The notes below the pieces were generated by a model. The model was not told the DNA's origin. It did not search any database and saw nothing but the letters and a program-made list of their open reading frames with translations. Below, piece after piece: positions 30,601 to 40,552 of a stretch of DNA of 64,000 nucleotides. The position numbers were made by a program, and so were the translations under genes. Positions within the stretch are counted from its first letter, which is position 1. Every line of letters begins with the position of its first letter. The stretch comes from an uncultured virus (IMG/VR IMGVR_UViG_3300023180_000037) (lineage: Duplodnaviria; Heunggongvirae; Uroviricota; Caudoviricetes), in IMG/VR virus record IMGVR_UViG_3300023180_000037. The stretch is one strand, 5' to 3'.

Positions 30601-33600
30601 TACTGCTATGGCAACTCCAGGAGACTCTAGTGTGGTTCAACGCGGCGATATGTTGATGTTGAAGTACACTACAGTTCTCGACGATACTCTCAAACAAGAA
30701 ATGATTTCTTGGAGAACGCCATACGATTATGAAGAACGTGGTTACTACAATGTAAACCCATTCAACGTGTTCCAAGGTGAAGGATATCTCAGACTTAATC
30801 CAACTGGTGATTTTTGGGTAGATCAAACTCGTTTACCAGATCGACATGTTTCTGGCGGTACTATACATGTTAAGATTAACGATCTTTCAAATTATGTACC
30901 TAAAACTACAACTGCTACTACCACTTACACTAGAATGGCACGAGGCAGACTTACTGGTGCCACTAGGAGAAGAACAATAGCTGGAAGATGGCGTCGTAGA
31001 GAACGCGAAAGAGAGTTAGTAAGACAAACTGTTCAAACTACTGTGACCACTAGGGAACGCGTGAAAACACGTGTGGTCAGCGATTCTTATCGTACCATGC
31101 AGCGCGACAGAGTCGTAGCAGTAAACACTGTACCGTTTATTCGTCAAAGACGTGTCCTTGCGAAAGCAGAAGGTTTGCGACCTAATACTCGTTTCTGGTT
31201 GTACTTTGATAATGTTCGTATGGACCAATGGGTGCTTGATCTCAGCACTCAAGCAAACTATACTGCACTTATTAATCAGAAGGCGCACAGGAAGCAGTAC
31301 CCACCTTCACAGAGAAGGTATCGAAGGCATCCTAATGCGACTGGTGCATCTAACGAAAACGTGTTGATTTCAGATGATCAGGGCAGACTTTACTTTGATA
31401 TGTTTATTCCAAACAATGCTAGAGTTCCTGTTCCTAGATCCGGAATATTCCCGCATGCAAAAGAACTTTCATCTTGGATCCAAAAAGTCAAGGAAGGTAT
31501 AAAGAGACATGGCGCGGATAGTCCTCGCTGCTTTGACTATGCAGGTTGGAAGTTTAGATGCGGCGCCAAACCAGTAAAACTTTTAGATATTTCTGAAAAC
31601 AACAATGATAATGCGTTATCAATGGCGAAAACAGTTTATGTTGCTACTGGTAGAAATATTGTACGCAGGAGAGATATTATCACGACTCGAGTGATTGTAT
31701 CTGAGGATTATATTGATCGTACTCAAAGAACCACAACTCAGGTTGTTGACGAAACTGTTATTGGTACGACATGGGAGCGATATGACCCATTAGCACAAAC
31801 CTTTATGGTGAGTGGACAGTCCAGTGTAGAAGGCGTGTTTATAACGAAGGTTGATGTGTTCCTAAGATCAGCACCACCTTCAATTGCTCCTCAAATTCCA
31901 CTACAGTTACAGATTCGTGGCACTCGAGACGGCACCCCGTTGCGTGATGCCATCAGCGAACAACATAGAGTTTATAAAACTGCTGCGGAGTGTCGCACAG
32001 TTGTAGACAGTATTACGGACAAAGAGAACCTTACTGAAGTTCTTTCTAAACCTGTTACGTTTGAGTTCCCTGAACCAATCTATATTGCTGCTGGTGAGGA
32101 ATACGCAATAGTGCTTCTTGCTGAATGTGATGATTATGAAGCATATATCGCAACGACCTACGATCTTATCCTTGGTAGAACTGATAAGAGAGTGAGTAAG
32201 CAACCAGCAACGGGATCGTTATTCCTTTCGCAAAACGGTTCAACTTGGACACCAAAGCAAAACCAAGACTTGGCGTATCGTATCTACACTGCTAAGTTTA
32301 AGGGGTCAGGAAATGCGAACTTCTATAGTCAACCTGCTGTAAGAGCAGCGCATAACTACAACACGAGTTTCTCAATTGACTCTACTTGTGTGAACCCGCT
32401 GTATCCATCGGATCATATCTACTCTTCCGCTACTGATTCTACTTCATTAAGTCGGTTCTTCGTATATCACCCTGCTCATGGTCTTGGTGATGGAGACAGA
32501 CCTCGTATTGAAGGATTGGACCCTACCGCTGAATACAGAGGTGTTACAGGCGCACAAATAATGCACGTCGGCAACTATGTAGATTCTGCTAACGTACAAG
32601 GATATTATGTCAAGTTGTATAATACCGACTCCGTTGTCTCAGGATCGCCTAATCCGACATATGACCCTACCCTTGCATTCGATAGTGCTGGATCGTTTGG
32701 TGCAGATAGTGCGACTTCGGAAACTGCATTTAATATTGATAGAGCAGTGTTTGATATTCTTGATCTAAACTTTAATGGTACAAAGATTGACTACTCTTCC
32801 TCTTTCACTAGTGGATACTCTCACGCGGATGCAAGGTTCTTAGCAACTCGCGATCCTCGTTTTGCGATTGACACTAATGTAACACCAGGAACTGATGCTA
32901 ACGGTATGTTGCCGTTTAGTCCAAGCGTGCCAATCTATATGAATGGTCCGAAATACCTTGCTAACTCGGATCAACAAGTCGTTGAAATGAGTGGAGTGCC
33001 TTCTATTATTGTTAATGCTGCGCTTGAAACCACACAATCTTCAAACTTTGGTGGAGACTTGGCACTGTCAGCAAAATCTAGTGGGTATGTTTCTGACATA
33101 TCTCCAATGATTGATATTCAACAAATTGGTGTTGAACTTACTAATCACATTATTGACAATCAACCAATTGACTCTGACAATAGTCAGGACTCAATTGATT
33201 TTAGAGGATATCCTATCGTACAAAATGCTAATGCGCCATCAGGATATGTGTCAGAACTTGATCCTACTTTGGGTACTTCGCCTTCTAAGCATATTACCAA
33301 ACCTGCTACTCTTTCTCAAGCAGCAAACGGTTTGCGTATTATCGTCAAGGCGCATAAACCAGTAGCAGCAAGCATTGACGTTTATTACAGAACTACGACA
33401 GGTGATGACGAAGATATCTACAACAGTAGTTGGATATATTTGCCGCCTCAAAACAATCCACCAGATGCTTTGTATATTGCGGACGGTGAGGTTGAACCTG
33501 AGTTTAGAGAGTACAAGTATCTCGCTGGCGGTATAGACGGAGACCTGCCTGACTTCAGACAATTCCAGATGAAGGTTGTCATGAGATCAACGAATACTTG

Positions 33601-33646
33601 TCAGGTTCCAATCATTAGAGACATAAAAGCAATTGCGTTGATATAA
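27617..33646 (+). CDS. Large virion structural protein (DUF4815 / VrlC-like)
   Basis: YKDDF..YQRILF..GRPLQARELTQLQTILQ, APGADR-like SPGADR, KTGFFVDDF, DPLAQTF, GSLFLSQNGSTWT. Confidence 0.85.
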   Translation: MPQQFTENTFKGVYKDDFLDSAGYQRILFNSGRPLQARELTQLQTILQTQITRFARNIFLDGAAVSPKSSGAGTEIRDYVVVARTTDVTNPVLPQEAKQYLGAVFTGAAKTGTSGLKFVVSHVEVTDATDGTGSFPVLYGRYIDAGQDKTNSTETQTAPLTFGLGETLTSPGLDDLQVVAGRSDVPSPTGKGVMFTMQGADFFTQGFFVYAPAQQIVISPYSEVANADVGFEVVQDVVTVLDDEALYDNQGARPNLSSPGADRFRIRLLLATRDAVADNLDFLPFATVRETKIVQIKEGTDSFNQVEKRLAERQEETTGKFVVHPFNLEIQERDSNQIVNKIRYHMPVGEFGDNPIAYLDGYRLEQQLEKNLDVLKPVSITTDSDKKTVTPYKNYVGALSDAATRAVDSSVSYLGNWADTSGIPNLNTQQRYSLFDSNGSVIGYARIKSLRNTGQVNTSDSVQAADVHYRIHLYDINMNAGKNFRNTAKLVVKGGDSSDGIIVYRNGDNPRNTYIEAPEDNISLYEISDFRVKQVSGVQYTVLRHSSAITSDTAGDELAIPSLNPFESYIDEGQWTLINLTQNLVFTVPVADINPVSNPGKIQDLLSLGGNLGDVYSLFYYVQKGTPANPVSPKTKTYREDWFTFEKTGSVFRVTFKGAAEAPVGGAPLYDGVELLEAYENDSNGTELTHQVEFDGGQRDNYYGPIELRPSGSGSGVTNIRAKIAYFEWSGAGDYFSPNSYNLLDSTWFDYGDIPTYQSRIDGRLYPLHNYFDFRPKLDPTADNMGAANYIEHPRDGDEIIHGVEYYNQRIDQITLAYTKDTFKPIIYVNSGIEGLQPTFPSQKENQMPLFSVLLGGNTKDIGDVMINANRYPRYTMSDIDDLRDRVSNLEETVSLSFIENEAQNLVELGADGSLRSKTGFFVDDFTKGLALTASTTGPNYLDDPNWITQALDVDESLIYPKIDKRYNDFLYDSDDTVITSFNSAYSRTVATNSPTAMATPGDSSVVQRGDMLMLKYTTVLDDTLKQEMISWRTPYDYEERGYYNVNPFNVFQGEGYLRLNPTGDFWVDQTRLPDRHVSGGTIHVKINDLSNYVPKTTTATTTYTRMARGRLTGATRRRTIAGRWRRRERERELVRQTVQTTVTTRERVKTRVVSDSYRTMQRDRVVAVNTVPFIRQRRVLAKAEGLRPNTRFWLYFDNVRMDQWVLDLSTQANYTALINQKAHRKQYPPSQRRYRRHPNATGASNENVLISDDQGRLYFDMFIPNNARVPVPRSGIFPHAKELSSWIQKVKEGIKRHGADSPRCFDYAGWKFRCGAKPVKLLDISENNNDNALSMAKTVYVATGRNIVRRRDIITTRVIVSEDYIDRTQRTTTQVVDETVIGTTWERYDPLAQTFMVSGQSSVEGVFITKVDVFLRSAPPSIAPQIPLQLQIRGTRDGTPLRDAISEQHRVYKTAAECRTVVDSITDKENLTEVLSKPVTFEFPEPIYIAAGEEYAIVLLAECDDYEAYIATTYDLILGRTDKRVSKQPATGSLFLSQNGSTWTPKQNQDLAYRIYTAKFKGSGNANFYSQPAVRAAHNYNTSFSIDSTCVNPLYPSDHIYSSATDSTSLSRFFVYHPAHGLGDGDRPRIEGLDPTAEYRGVTGAQIMHVGNYVDSANVQGYYVKLYNTDSVVSGSPNPTYDPTLAFDSAGSFGADSATSETAFNIDRAVFDILDLNFNGTKIDYSSSFTSGYSHADARFLATRDPRFAIDTNVTPGTDANGMLPFSPSVPIYMNGPKYLANSDQQVVEMSGVPSIIVNAALETTQSSNFGGDLALSAKSSGYVSDISPMIDIQQIGVELTNHIIDNQPIDSDNSQDSIDFRGYPIVQNANAPSGYVSELDPTLGTSPSKHITKPATLSQAANGLRIIVKAHKPVAASIDVYYRTTTGDDEDIYNSSWIYLPPQNNPPDALYIADGEVEPEFREYKYLAGGIDGDLPDFRQFQMKVVMRSTNTCQVPIIRDIKAIALI

Positions 33647-33879
33647 TGGATGAGAGAGTTTTATTGAAAGTAGCAGGTTCCGCATATATGTACAAGGATG
33701 TACATAATGGGACTGTTATAAATACCAACGAAGAAGAAATACGTTTAGCAAGGGAAAGCAAACGGTTGAGGAAAGAGGAGCGTCTTAAGAAAGATGCAAT
33801 GGAAAACGACATTGCCGAACTAAAAAAAGAATTCTCAGAACTCAAAGAACTAATAAAATCAATGGTAGAGAAATACTAA
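33646..33879 (+). CDS. Small coiled-coil protein
   Basis: KD..NGTVINT then heptad-rich DIAELKKEFSELKELI; TAATG-coupled. Confidence 0.75.
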   Translation: MDERVLLKVAGSAYMYKDVHNGTVINTNEEEIRLARESKRLRKEERLKKDAMENDIAELKKEFSELKELIKSMVEKY

Positions 33880-33880
33880 A

Positions 33881-36853
33881 ATGAGCAACCCTCCAAGATT
33901 TCACGACAGCGATCATCCTCTGTTTCAATCGACAGATACTTTTCAGCAACTGATCCAAGATCTTAATCATTTTGGTGATATTGTTGACTCGGATATGAAG
34001 TATCTGGATTCTGCCATTGGTCCAGAAACAAATGGTTTTAGACTTACTAAAGTAAAAGGTCTTGAAGACTTTACCGCCAATACATTGGTGGATGCTCTCA
34101 ACGAACTAGATAGCGACCTGCACGGGGGCAATGGCGGTAGTTTCGCAGCAGATAGAAATACTGCATATAAGACTGTAACTGGCGCGATCAATGAGATTGA
34201 GCGAGTTTTCGATGCTTCTGCTGGTGAGATCTTATATCCTACTGGAGACTCAACCGAAACACAAAACCGATTATTGATCAGCACAAATCAAAATGGTGGA
34301 CAAAGGATTGATATAAAGTCAGGACAGAATATCATCCTTGACGCAGTGAATAATGTTGTGATTGATGCTGGCGGTTCTAGCGTTTGTTTCGACGATGATA
34401 GCGTCACCCATATGGAACTTATAATGGGAGCGTCTACCTTAGAAATAGACGTTCCTGTAGGAAACTTACTGTTCGACGTCGCTGATGATATCATACTTGA
34501 TGCTGCTGGTACAACTGTAGATATGCAGGTTGCGGGTGTATCAAGAGTTAAACACGACCTTGGTGCAAGTAACGTAGTGACTGTCAACGGAGATTACACG
34601 TTAGACGTTTCCGGAGATATTACCTTAGATGCTGGTGATGATGATGTAATCCTTAAAGATGGCACCACAGAAAGATTTAGATTTAATTGCGACGCTGCTC
34701 CTAATATTACTTTAACTGGTTCTTCTGCTAGTTTAACGAACACAGCAGGTGCTTTCACAGTTAATGCATTCACTTCGTTTGTACTTAATACAAACAATGG
34801 CGGATCTACTTGGACTTTTAATACAGACACCATTACTCACACTGGCGATGCCATACTTGACGTCACAGGAGATATTACTTTATCAGCAGACGGTAATGAT
34901 ATTATCTTTAATAATGGTGCTGGCGGTGATACTGTTACTCACACCCTGACTGATGCTGGTGCGTACACCATTACGCAAAGTGGTACAGGAAACTACACTT
35001 TAGATATTGGCGGCGATATTATTCTCGATGCCGATGACGCGACAATATACATGAAAGACGGTGGGGCAGATCGCTTCACGTTTATTATGGGAGCAAATCA
35101 AGAAATTGACGTTCCAACAGGATCGCTTACAATTGATGTAGCAGATGATATTGTCTTAGATGCCGCCGGAACTAATATCTCATATAAAGTTGCAGGCACT
35201 AATCGTATTGTTTATACATTGGGTGCCACTAATACTGCTACTGTAACTGGCAATTATACAATTGATGCGTCAGGAGACATCGTACTTGACGCTGATGACG
35301 CAAACATTACATTCAAAGACGGTGGTACAGACCGTATTGCCTACGCGCTGGGTGCAACAAACACAGTCACAGTTACAGGGAACTACACCCTAGATGGATC
35401 TGGTGATATCGTACTAGACACCAACACTGGATCATTAGATTTAAAGGACGCAGGAACAACTGCCATAGGTTTCAGTTTAGATCCTGCTGCTACTAATACG
35501 GTTGCTGTTACTGGCGGTTTAGATTTAACTTCAACTGCTGACGTTTTGATCGATGCTACTGGTGATATTACTCTTGACGCAGACGGTAATCAAATCAGAT
35601 TTAAGAACGGTGCGGGTGGGGATGAAGTAACTCACAATCTTAATGATGACGGAACATATGAAATCGACGCACCTTCTAATTATACCATAGATGCTGCTGG
35701 CGATATTACACTTGACGCGGATGGTGGTGATGTATACCTGAAAGACGGTGGAACCACAAACTATCAATTTGCTACAAATGGTACGATATCACGTACAGGT
35801 AATCTTACACTTGATATATCTGGTGATATTGTACTGGATGCGGACGCAAACGACCTCATATTCAAAAATGGCGCAGGTGCTGATCAAGTAACGCACACTC
35901 TTGCAAACAATGCTGATTACTCAGTAACATATCCTAGTAATGTAACACATACGCAAAGTGCTGGTAGTTTGACGTTTGATATTCCTGGTGACATTACGCT
36001 AGATGCTGATGGTGCAGATATCTTCTTCAAGGACGCTGGCACTACTCGTATTCAACATACCATGGGCGCAACTAATACCGTTGCGGTCACAGGAAACTAC
36101 ACCTTAGATGTTTCTGGTGATATTGCATTAGATGCTGATGGTGGTGACATTGACTTCAAAGATGCTGGTACAACTCGTTTCGCCTATGGATTGGGTGCCA
36201 CTAATACTTTAGACATTACTGGTGGATTAACTCAAACTTCTGGTAATTACACCAATACGATAACAGGATCTAGAACTGTTAATGTTTCTAGCGGACATAC
36301 TGATTCTGCTTCTTCTAGAACAATCAACACTACCAATGCTGTAGCAGTTACCGCAGGCACAACGGCGAATTACACTTCGGGCGGTGCTACAACTATCGCT
36401 TCAGGTGGAATTACGACTATAGACGCTGAAGGTGACATTACTCTTGATGCGAATGGTGCAGATATCTTCTTTAAGGATAATGGAGTAACCAAGTTTACAT
36501 TTAACTTGAACGGCACCCCAGAAATAGATGTTGTAACTGGTTTAGTGCTTGACGTTGAAGGCGATATTACTCTTGATGCCAATGGCTCAGATATTTTATT
36601 AAAGGACAATGCTGTACAATACGGCGCACTGAAGAACACTTCTGGCGATCTTATTATCAAATCAGGCACCACTACTGCGATGACATTTGATGGCGCGAAT
36701 GTTACGGTTGCAGGTAGTATTACGATGCCTTCAAGTGGCGTTAGTTCGCCAATCACCACAGCAAAAACAGTACATGGAGCATTAGCGGATATTAATAGTA
36801 GAATACCAAATATATATGACAATAATGGAACATTATTGAATCCGTTGCCTTAA
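33881..36853 (+). CDS. Tail fibre-like repeat protein (990 aa)
   Basis: About 15 repeats of LDxxGDI(T/V)LDADGxDIxFKDxG; N-terminal TDTFQQL and LVDALNEL fibre motifs. Confidence 0.75.
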   Translation: MSNPPRFHDSDHPLFQSTDTFQQLIQDLNHFGDIVDSDMKYLDSAIGPETNGFRLTKVKGLEDFTANTLVDALNELDSDLHGGNGGSFAADRNTAYKTVTGAINEIERVFDASAGEILYPTGDSTETQNRLLISTNQNGGQRIDIKSGQNIILDAVNNVVIDAGGSSVCFDDDSVTHMELIMGASTLEIDVPVGNLLFDVADDIILDAAGTTVDMQVAGVSRVKHDLGASNVVTVNGDYTLDVSGDITLDAGDDDVILKDGTTERFRFNCDAAPNITLTGSSASLTNTAGAFTVNAFTSFVLNTNNGGSTWTFNTDTITHTGDAILDVTGDITLSADGNDIIFNNGAGGDTVTHTLTDAGAYTITQSGTGNYTLDIGGDIILDADDATIYMKDGGADRFTFIMGANQEIDVPTGSLTIDVADDIVLDAAGTNISYKVAGTNRIVYTLGATNTATVTGNYTIDASGDIVLDADDANITFKDGGTDRIAYALGATNTVTVTGNYTLDGSGDIVLDTNTGSLDLKDAGTTAIGFSLDPAATNTVAVTGGLDLTSTADVLIDATGDITLDADGNQIRFKNGAGGDEVTHNLNDDGTYEIDAPSNYTIDAAGDITLDADGGDVYLKDGGTTNYQFATNGTISRTGNLTLDISGDIVLDADANDLIFKNGAGADQVTHTLANNADYSVTYPSNVTHTQSAGSLTFDIPGDITLDADGADIFFKDAGTTRIQHTMGATNTVAVTGNYTLDVSGDIALDADGGDIDFKDAGTTRFAYGLGATNTLDITGGLTQTSGNYTNTITGSRTVNVSSGHTDSASSRTINTTNAVAVTAGTTANYTSGGATTIASGGITTIDAEGDITLDANGADIFFKDNGVTKFTFNLNGTPEIDVVTGLVLDVEGDITLDANGSDILLKDNAVQYGALKNTSGDLIIKSGTTTAMTFDGANVTVAGSITMPSSGVSSPITTAKTVHGALADINSRIPNIYDNNGTLLNPLP

Positions 36854-36867
36854 TAGGATAGTATAGA

Positions 36868-39300
36868 ATGTCAGCGTTTTCTACAATACCGCTAAAGATT
36901 CTAAACTCTAGTGGAGACCTAAAACAGTTAACCACAGCGGAGGAAGCACTCTTCGCGAACGAAGGTGGACTGGGTCTTGTTGGTGCATACGATTCTGTTG
37001 GTGCAAGATATGGTGGATCCCTAACTCTTACCAATACTGCTAATGACTCTGATATAGGTGTTTACAGAGACACCTTTTACACTTCTCCGATCGGTACTCA
37101 CCCAGGAACTTCTATTAGTAGTGGATCTACTACCACTACGTTGCGCCAGATGACCGACGCTGTAACTCAAGTTCCTTTTAATGGAGCAGTTCCGAAACTT
37201 GTGGTTTGTGATTCAGACGGTGCTTTATATGAAATGGATTCTGCGAGTTATAACGCATTAGCATTAAGAGTTAACGATATAGCAGTATCCACGGAAGGTG
37301 TTGGTTCTTTTCGTTTAAGCGCAACACAACCTACATCTGAATATGTCAAATGGATTGATACTGTCTTTACGGACACAAAAGTAAACGGTTCTACAAATTA
37401 TCATATTTGGAGAAAAGAAACTGTAAACGTAGATCCGGAAGCATATTACCCTATCAAAAAAATTGGCGATCAAGATTACCAAGAAATGACTGCTTCCGAA
37501 GTTGGTGAAATCGGTAACGGTATGATCCAACAGGGATATTACCTTAATGGAGTAGGCGAATATCAACTTAGATCTGACTCTGACGGTGCACCCACTGCAT
37601 TTGGAACTTGGGAAGCAAGAGGTACAGCACTTGATACTAAAAATACTGTACAGAACGTTCAGTATGCTACGGTGTTGTATACCAGTCCACAGTATGCTAG
37701 GCAGTATACTGGTCAGTATCTAGGCACTTATACTAACCTAAGATATTCTACACTTTTTCAAAACTTTGTTGGTATTAGGCAGGTCAACTATGCTGGCGTT
37801 AGAAATTACACTAACCAATATGTTGGCATAAGGTCATTCACTAATACCTTTGTTGGTGTGCGCCCGCAAGCTCAACAGTTCGTGGGACAACGAACCTTTG
37901 TGGGGTCAAGGTATTATGTTGGATCGAGAGCATGGTCTGGACAATTCACTGGAAACTTTAGTGGTGTAAGATACTACACTGGACAGTTTGTTGCAAATCG
38001 CACTTTTGCTGGAGCAAGAGATTTTACAGGGTTAAGATATTTTAGTGGTACTAGAATTCTTCCGTACACCAACACATTTACTGGGCCAAGACCCGTAGAC
38101 TTCCTTGGATCTCGACAAGTTAATTATACAGGACCTCGACCATACGCAGGACTTAGGTATTTTACAGGTTTAAGATATTTTTCTGGTGTGAGAGAATTCA
38201 TTGGTACCAGATTTTTCGCAGGGGAAAGAGTTTTCTCTACTGACTATGCTGGACAACGATCATTCACGGCTGCGTACCAATCAGGCACCCCCGTTGCTCC
38301 TATGCAGTGGGGCACTGCCCCCATTGCATTTGGCGGTGTTGTTCCTGGACAGTTTTCACAAGAATCTTATACGGGCACTAGATCTTTCGGAATTTGGTAC
38401 GCTGGGACAAGACAATTTCTCGCTAATGGAGCATCTTTTCCTACAGGTAACCCAGCGGCAAACGTAACTTGGGCAGGCACGCGTGGGAGCAATTACACTG
38501 GTATCCGTACTTATGCAGGGTTTAGGTATTTTACAGGGTTGAGGCAATATTCCAGCAATTTCACAGGAAACTATACAGGAATCAGAGGATTTGAGTCAAG
38601 TGAGGTATATTTCGCCAGACCCGCCCAGAACTTCACTGGGGTCAATCCTATCTTCCCGCAGTTTAACTATTTGACTTTTGGAGCATGGGTAACCGATTAT
38701 ACACCCGAACCCTTCCTAGGTTGGGCAGCAATAACTTTTGTAGGAACCAGAGACTTTCCGTTTGAAGGTGTTCGAAATTGGGCAACTGCTCAGAACTTTG
38801 TCCGTCCTGTGGGCGCGGGTCCAATAATTGACGCAAACACTGGTCACTTTATTGTGCCAGGAGACTTTGTTGGTCAAAGGACATTTGTAGGGACAAGAGC
38901 ATACTCGACCAATTATGCAGGTCAATTTTCAGGAGTAAGATATTATCTCAATAATACAGGATTCCTGCACCTCGGGCAACTTAACAATCTACAGTTTGTA
39001 AGTGATAGAACCTTTGCTGGTGTAAGAGCATTCTCTAATGACTTTGTTGGAGTAAGATCTTCGCCGCAAACCTTTGCTGGAAGTAGACCTTACTCGGGAA
39101 ATTTCATTGGTCCTGCTACAATAACATTTGCAGGTACAAGGGCAGTACTATATACTGGATACTATAGTGGACAATACACTGGACAATATACTAGCACGTA
39201 CACTTCTCAATACAGTGCTCAATATACTGGACAAACAGTTGTCGCTATACCAGGAACAATTAGAACATATACATTATATGTGAGAGTGTCAGCAACTTAA
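36868..39300 (+). CDS. FxGxR-repeat fibre/needle protein, paralog 1
   Basis: About 260-aa N-terminal domain followed by dozens of (F/Y)xGxR units; ends TYTLYVRV. Confidence 0.75.
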   Translation: MSAFSTIPLKILNSSGDLKQLTTAEEALFANEGGLGLVGAYDSVGARYGGSLTLTNTANDSDIGVYRDTFYTSPIGTHPGTSISSGSTTTTLRQMTDAVTQVPFNGAVPKLVVCDSDGALYEMDSASYNALALRVNDIAVSTEGVGSFRLSATQPTSEYVKWIDTVFTDTKVNGSTNYHIWRKETVNVDPEAYYPIKKIGDQDYQEMTASEVGEIGNGMIQQGYYLNGVGEYQLRSDSDGAPTAFGTWEARGTALDTKNTVQNVQYATVLYTSPQYARQYTGQYLGTYTNLRYSTLFQNFVGIRQVNYAGVRNYTNQYVGIRSFTNTFVGVRPQAQQFVGQRTFVGSRYYVGSRAWSGQFTGNFSGVRYYTGQFVANRTFAGARDFTGLRYFSGTRILPYTNTFTGPRPVDFLGSRQVNYTGPRPYAGLRYFTGLRYFSGVREFIGTRFFAGERVFSTDYAGQRSFTAAYQSGTPVAPMQWGTAPIAFGGVVPGQFSQESYTGTRSFGIWYAGTRQFLANGASFPTGNPAANVTWAGTRGSNYTGIRTYAGFRYFTGLRQYSSNFTGNYTGIRGFESSEVYFARPAQNFTGVNPIFPQFNYLTFGAWVTDYTPEPFLGWAAITFVGTRDFPFEGVRNWATAQNFVRPVGAGPIIDANTGHFIVPGDFVGQRTFVGTRAYSTNYAGQFSGVRYYLNNTGFLHLGQLNNLQFVSDRTFAGVRAFSNDFVGVRSSPQTFAGSRPYSGNFIGPATITFAGTRAVLYTGYYSGQYTGQYTSTYTSQYSAQYTGQTVVAIPGTIRTYTLYVRVSAT

Positions 39301-39323
39301 TTATTTTTTTATCATAGGAGATT

Positions 39324-39794
39324 ATGATGGCAGAGCGAAAGTGGTTGGATAATGCTTTTTGGCATAATGATGAAAAAGAGATGGCGGAAGCAATCCTTAG
39401 CATCACAGATGAGAGTGGTCGAGAAATCACACAAGTTGTTACAGTTCGCAAGTTTGATGTGAACGGTAACGAAAATCCTGACTTTAAAGAACTCATGGAA
39501 GAAATTGGCGAAGAAAAGATCGACGCTAATACTGCTGAGCGCAGAGAAAGAAAGTCAAAAGAAAAAGAAGTTGAAGAGCAAAGAAGGAAAGCGGAACAAC
39601 AAGCAAAAGACCTTGAAGTTTTGTTTGATGCAAAAATTAAAATTCTAGAAATAGATCAGATTAAAAACACCAGCAATAAAACTCTCAAGAGTAAACTTCG
39701 TCGCTCTAAAAATGTGGTTGAACTTAATCTGTATGCGCAACTAATTATGATGGAAGAACTTGGGTTGTCTGTTGCCAATGAAAGCGGAAAATAA
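39324..39794 (+). CDS. Hypothetical charged protein, possible fibre chaperone
   Basis: AGGAG RBS; charged coiled coil; directly follows the repeat protein. Confidence 0.65.
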   Translation: MMAERKWLDNAFWHNDEKEMAEAILSITDESGREITQVVTVRKFDVNGNENPDFKELMEEIGEEKIDANTAERRERKSKEKEVEEQRRKAEQQAKDLEVLFDAKIKILEIDQIKNTSNKTLKSKLRRSKNVVELNLYAQLIMMEELGLSVANESGK

Positions 39795-40506
39795 TGGTTT
39801 CTTAGTAGTTGCCTCAAAAGATTATCGGTACTATGCTTGGGGCGTGAATCTTTTAGAACAAATAAAAGATTACTATCCTGAAGCAAAAACATGCTTCGTT
39901 GTCGAAGAACGGTTTTGTGATGGTCGTGAAGAAGTAGCAGATCATGTAGTATATTGTGATGATCATTATCGTGCTAAACTTTGGGGTATGTCACAAAGTC
40001 CTTTCGATAAGACCTTCTATATTGATGCTGATATGGAATGTTTACACGAAGACATCGCTACTGTATTTGATGAGTTGGGCGACAACGACATGGTTTTTAA
40101 TATACTAGAAGAAAAAAATCATGACATATTTGTAGAGTCGCATTGGCCAGGAGGAACATTTGTTCTTTGCGGCGCAGTTTGTCTTTATACAAAAGAAATG
40201 CTACCGTTCATGAAAGATTGGTTTGAACTATACGACAAGCAAATGAATGACGAATGGTGGCCGACAGACGAAAACGGTGACTGGGATCAAGAAACGCATC
40301 CCCGAAGACTAAAGCATTGGGATCAATTTACTCTATGGTGGTTAGTAAACAAAGAAGAAAAGTACAAAGACCTGAAGATTGGCGAATTTAAAGAAAACGA
40401 TCGTTGGAACTATTGGTCGTTACAACACAGGAAGGAACCTATGCCAGATGATGTTATCTTGTATCATAGATCTTTTGTTGCTGATAAAGAAGTTTATCAG
40501 TCATAG
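39778..40506 (+). CDS. GT-A fold glycosyltransferase
   Basis: RAKLWG..SPFDKTFYIDAD (DxD), WDQFTLW, RWN, ILYH. Confidence 0.75.
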   Translation: MKAENNGFLVVASKDYRYYAWGVNLLEQIKDYYPEAKTCFVVEERFCDGREEVADHVVYCDDHYRAKLWGMSQSPFDKTFYIDADMECLHEDIATVFDELGDNDMVFNILEEKNHDIFVESHWPGGTFVLCGAVCLYTKEMLPFMKDWFELYDKQMNDEWWPTDENGDWDQETHPRRLKHWDQFTLWWLVNKEEKYKDLKIGEFKENDRWNYWSLQHRKEPMPDDVILYHRSFVADKEVYQS

Positions 40507-40512
40507 CAAACG

Positions 40513-40520
40513 TATAAATA
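40513..40520 (+). promoter_or_regulatory. Late promoter
   Basis: TATAAATA upstream of ATG 40553. Confidence 0.75.
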
Positions 40521-40552
40521 GAATAATAAATTTATCGGCATAGCAGATAGTC

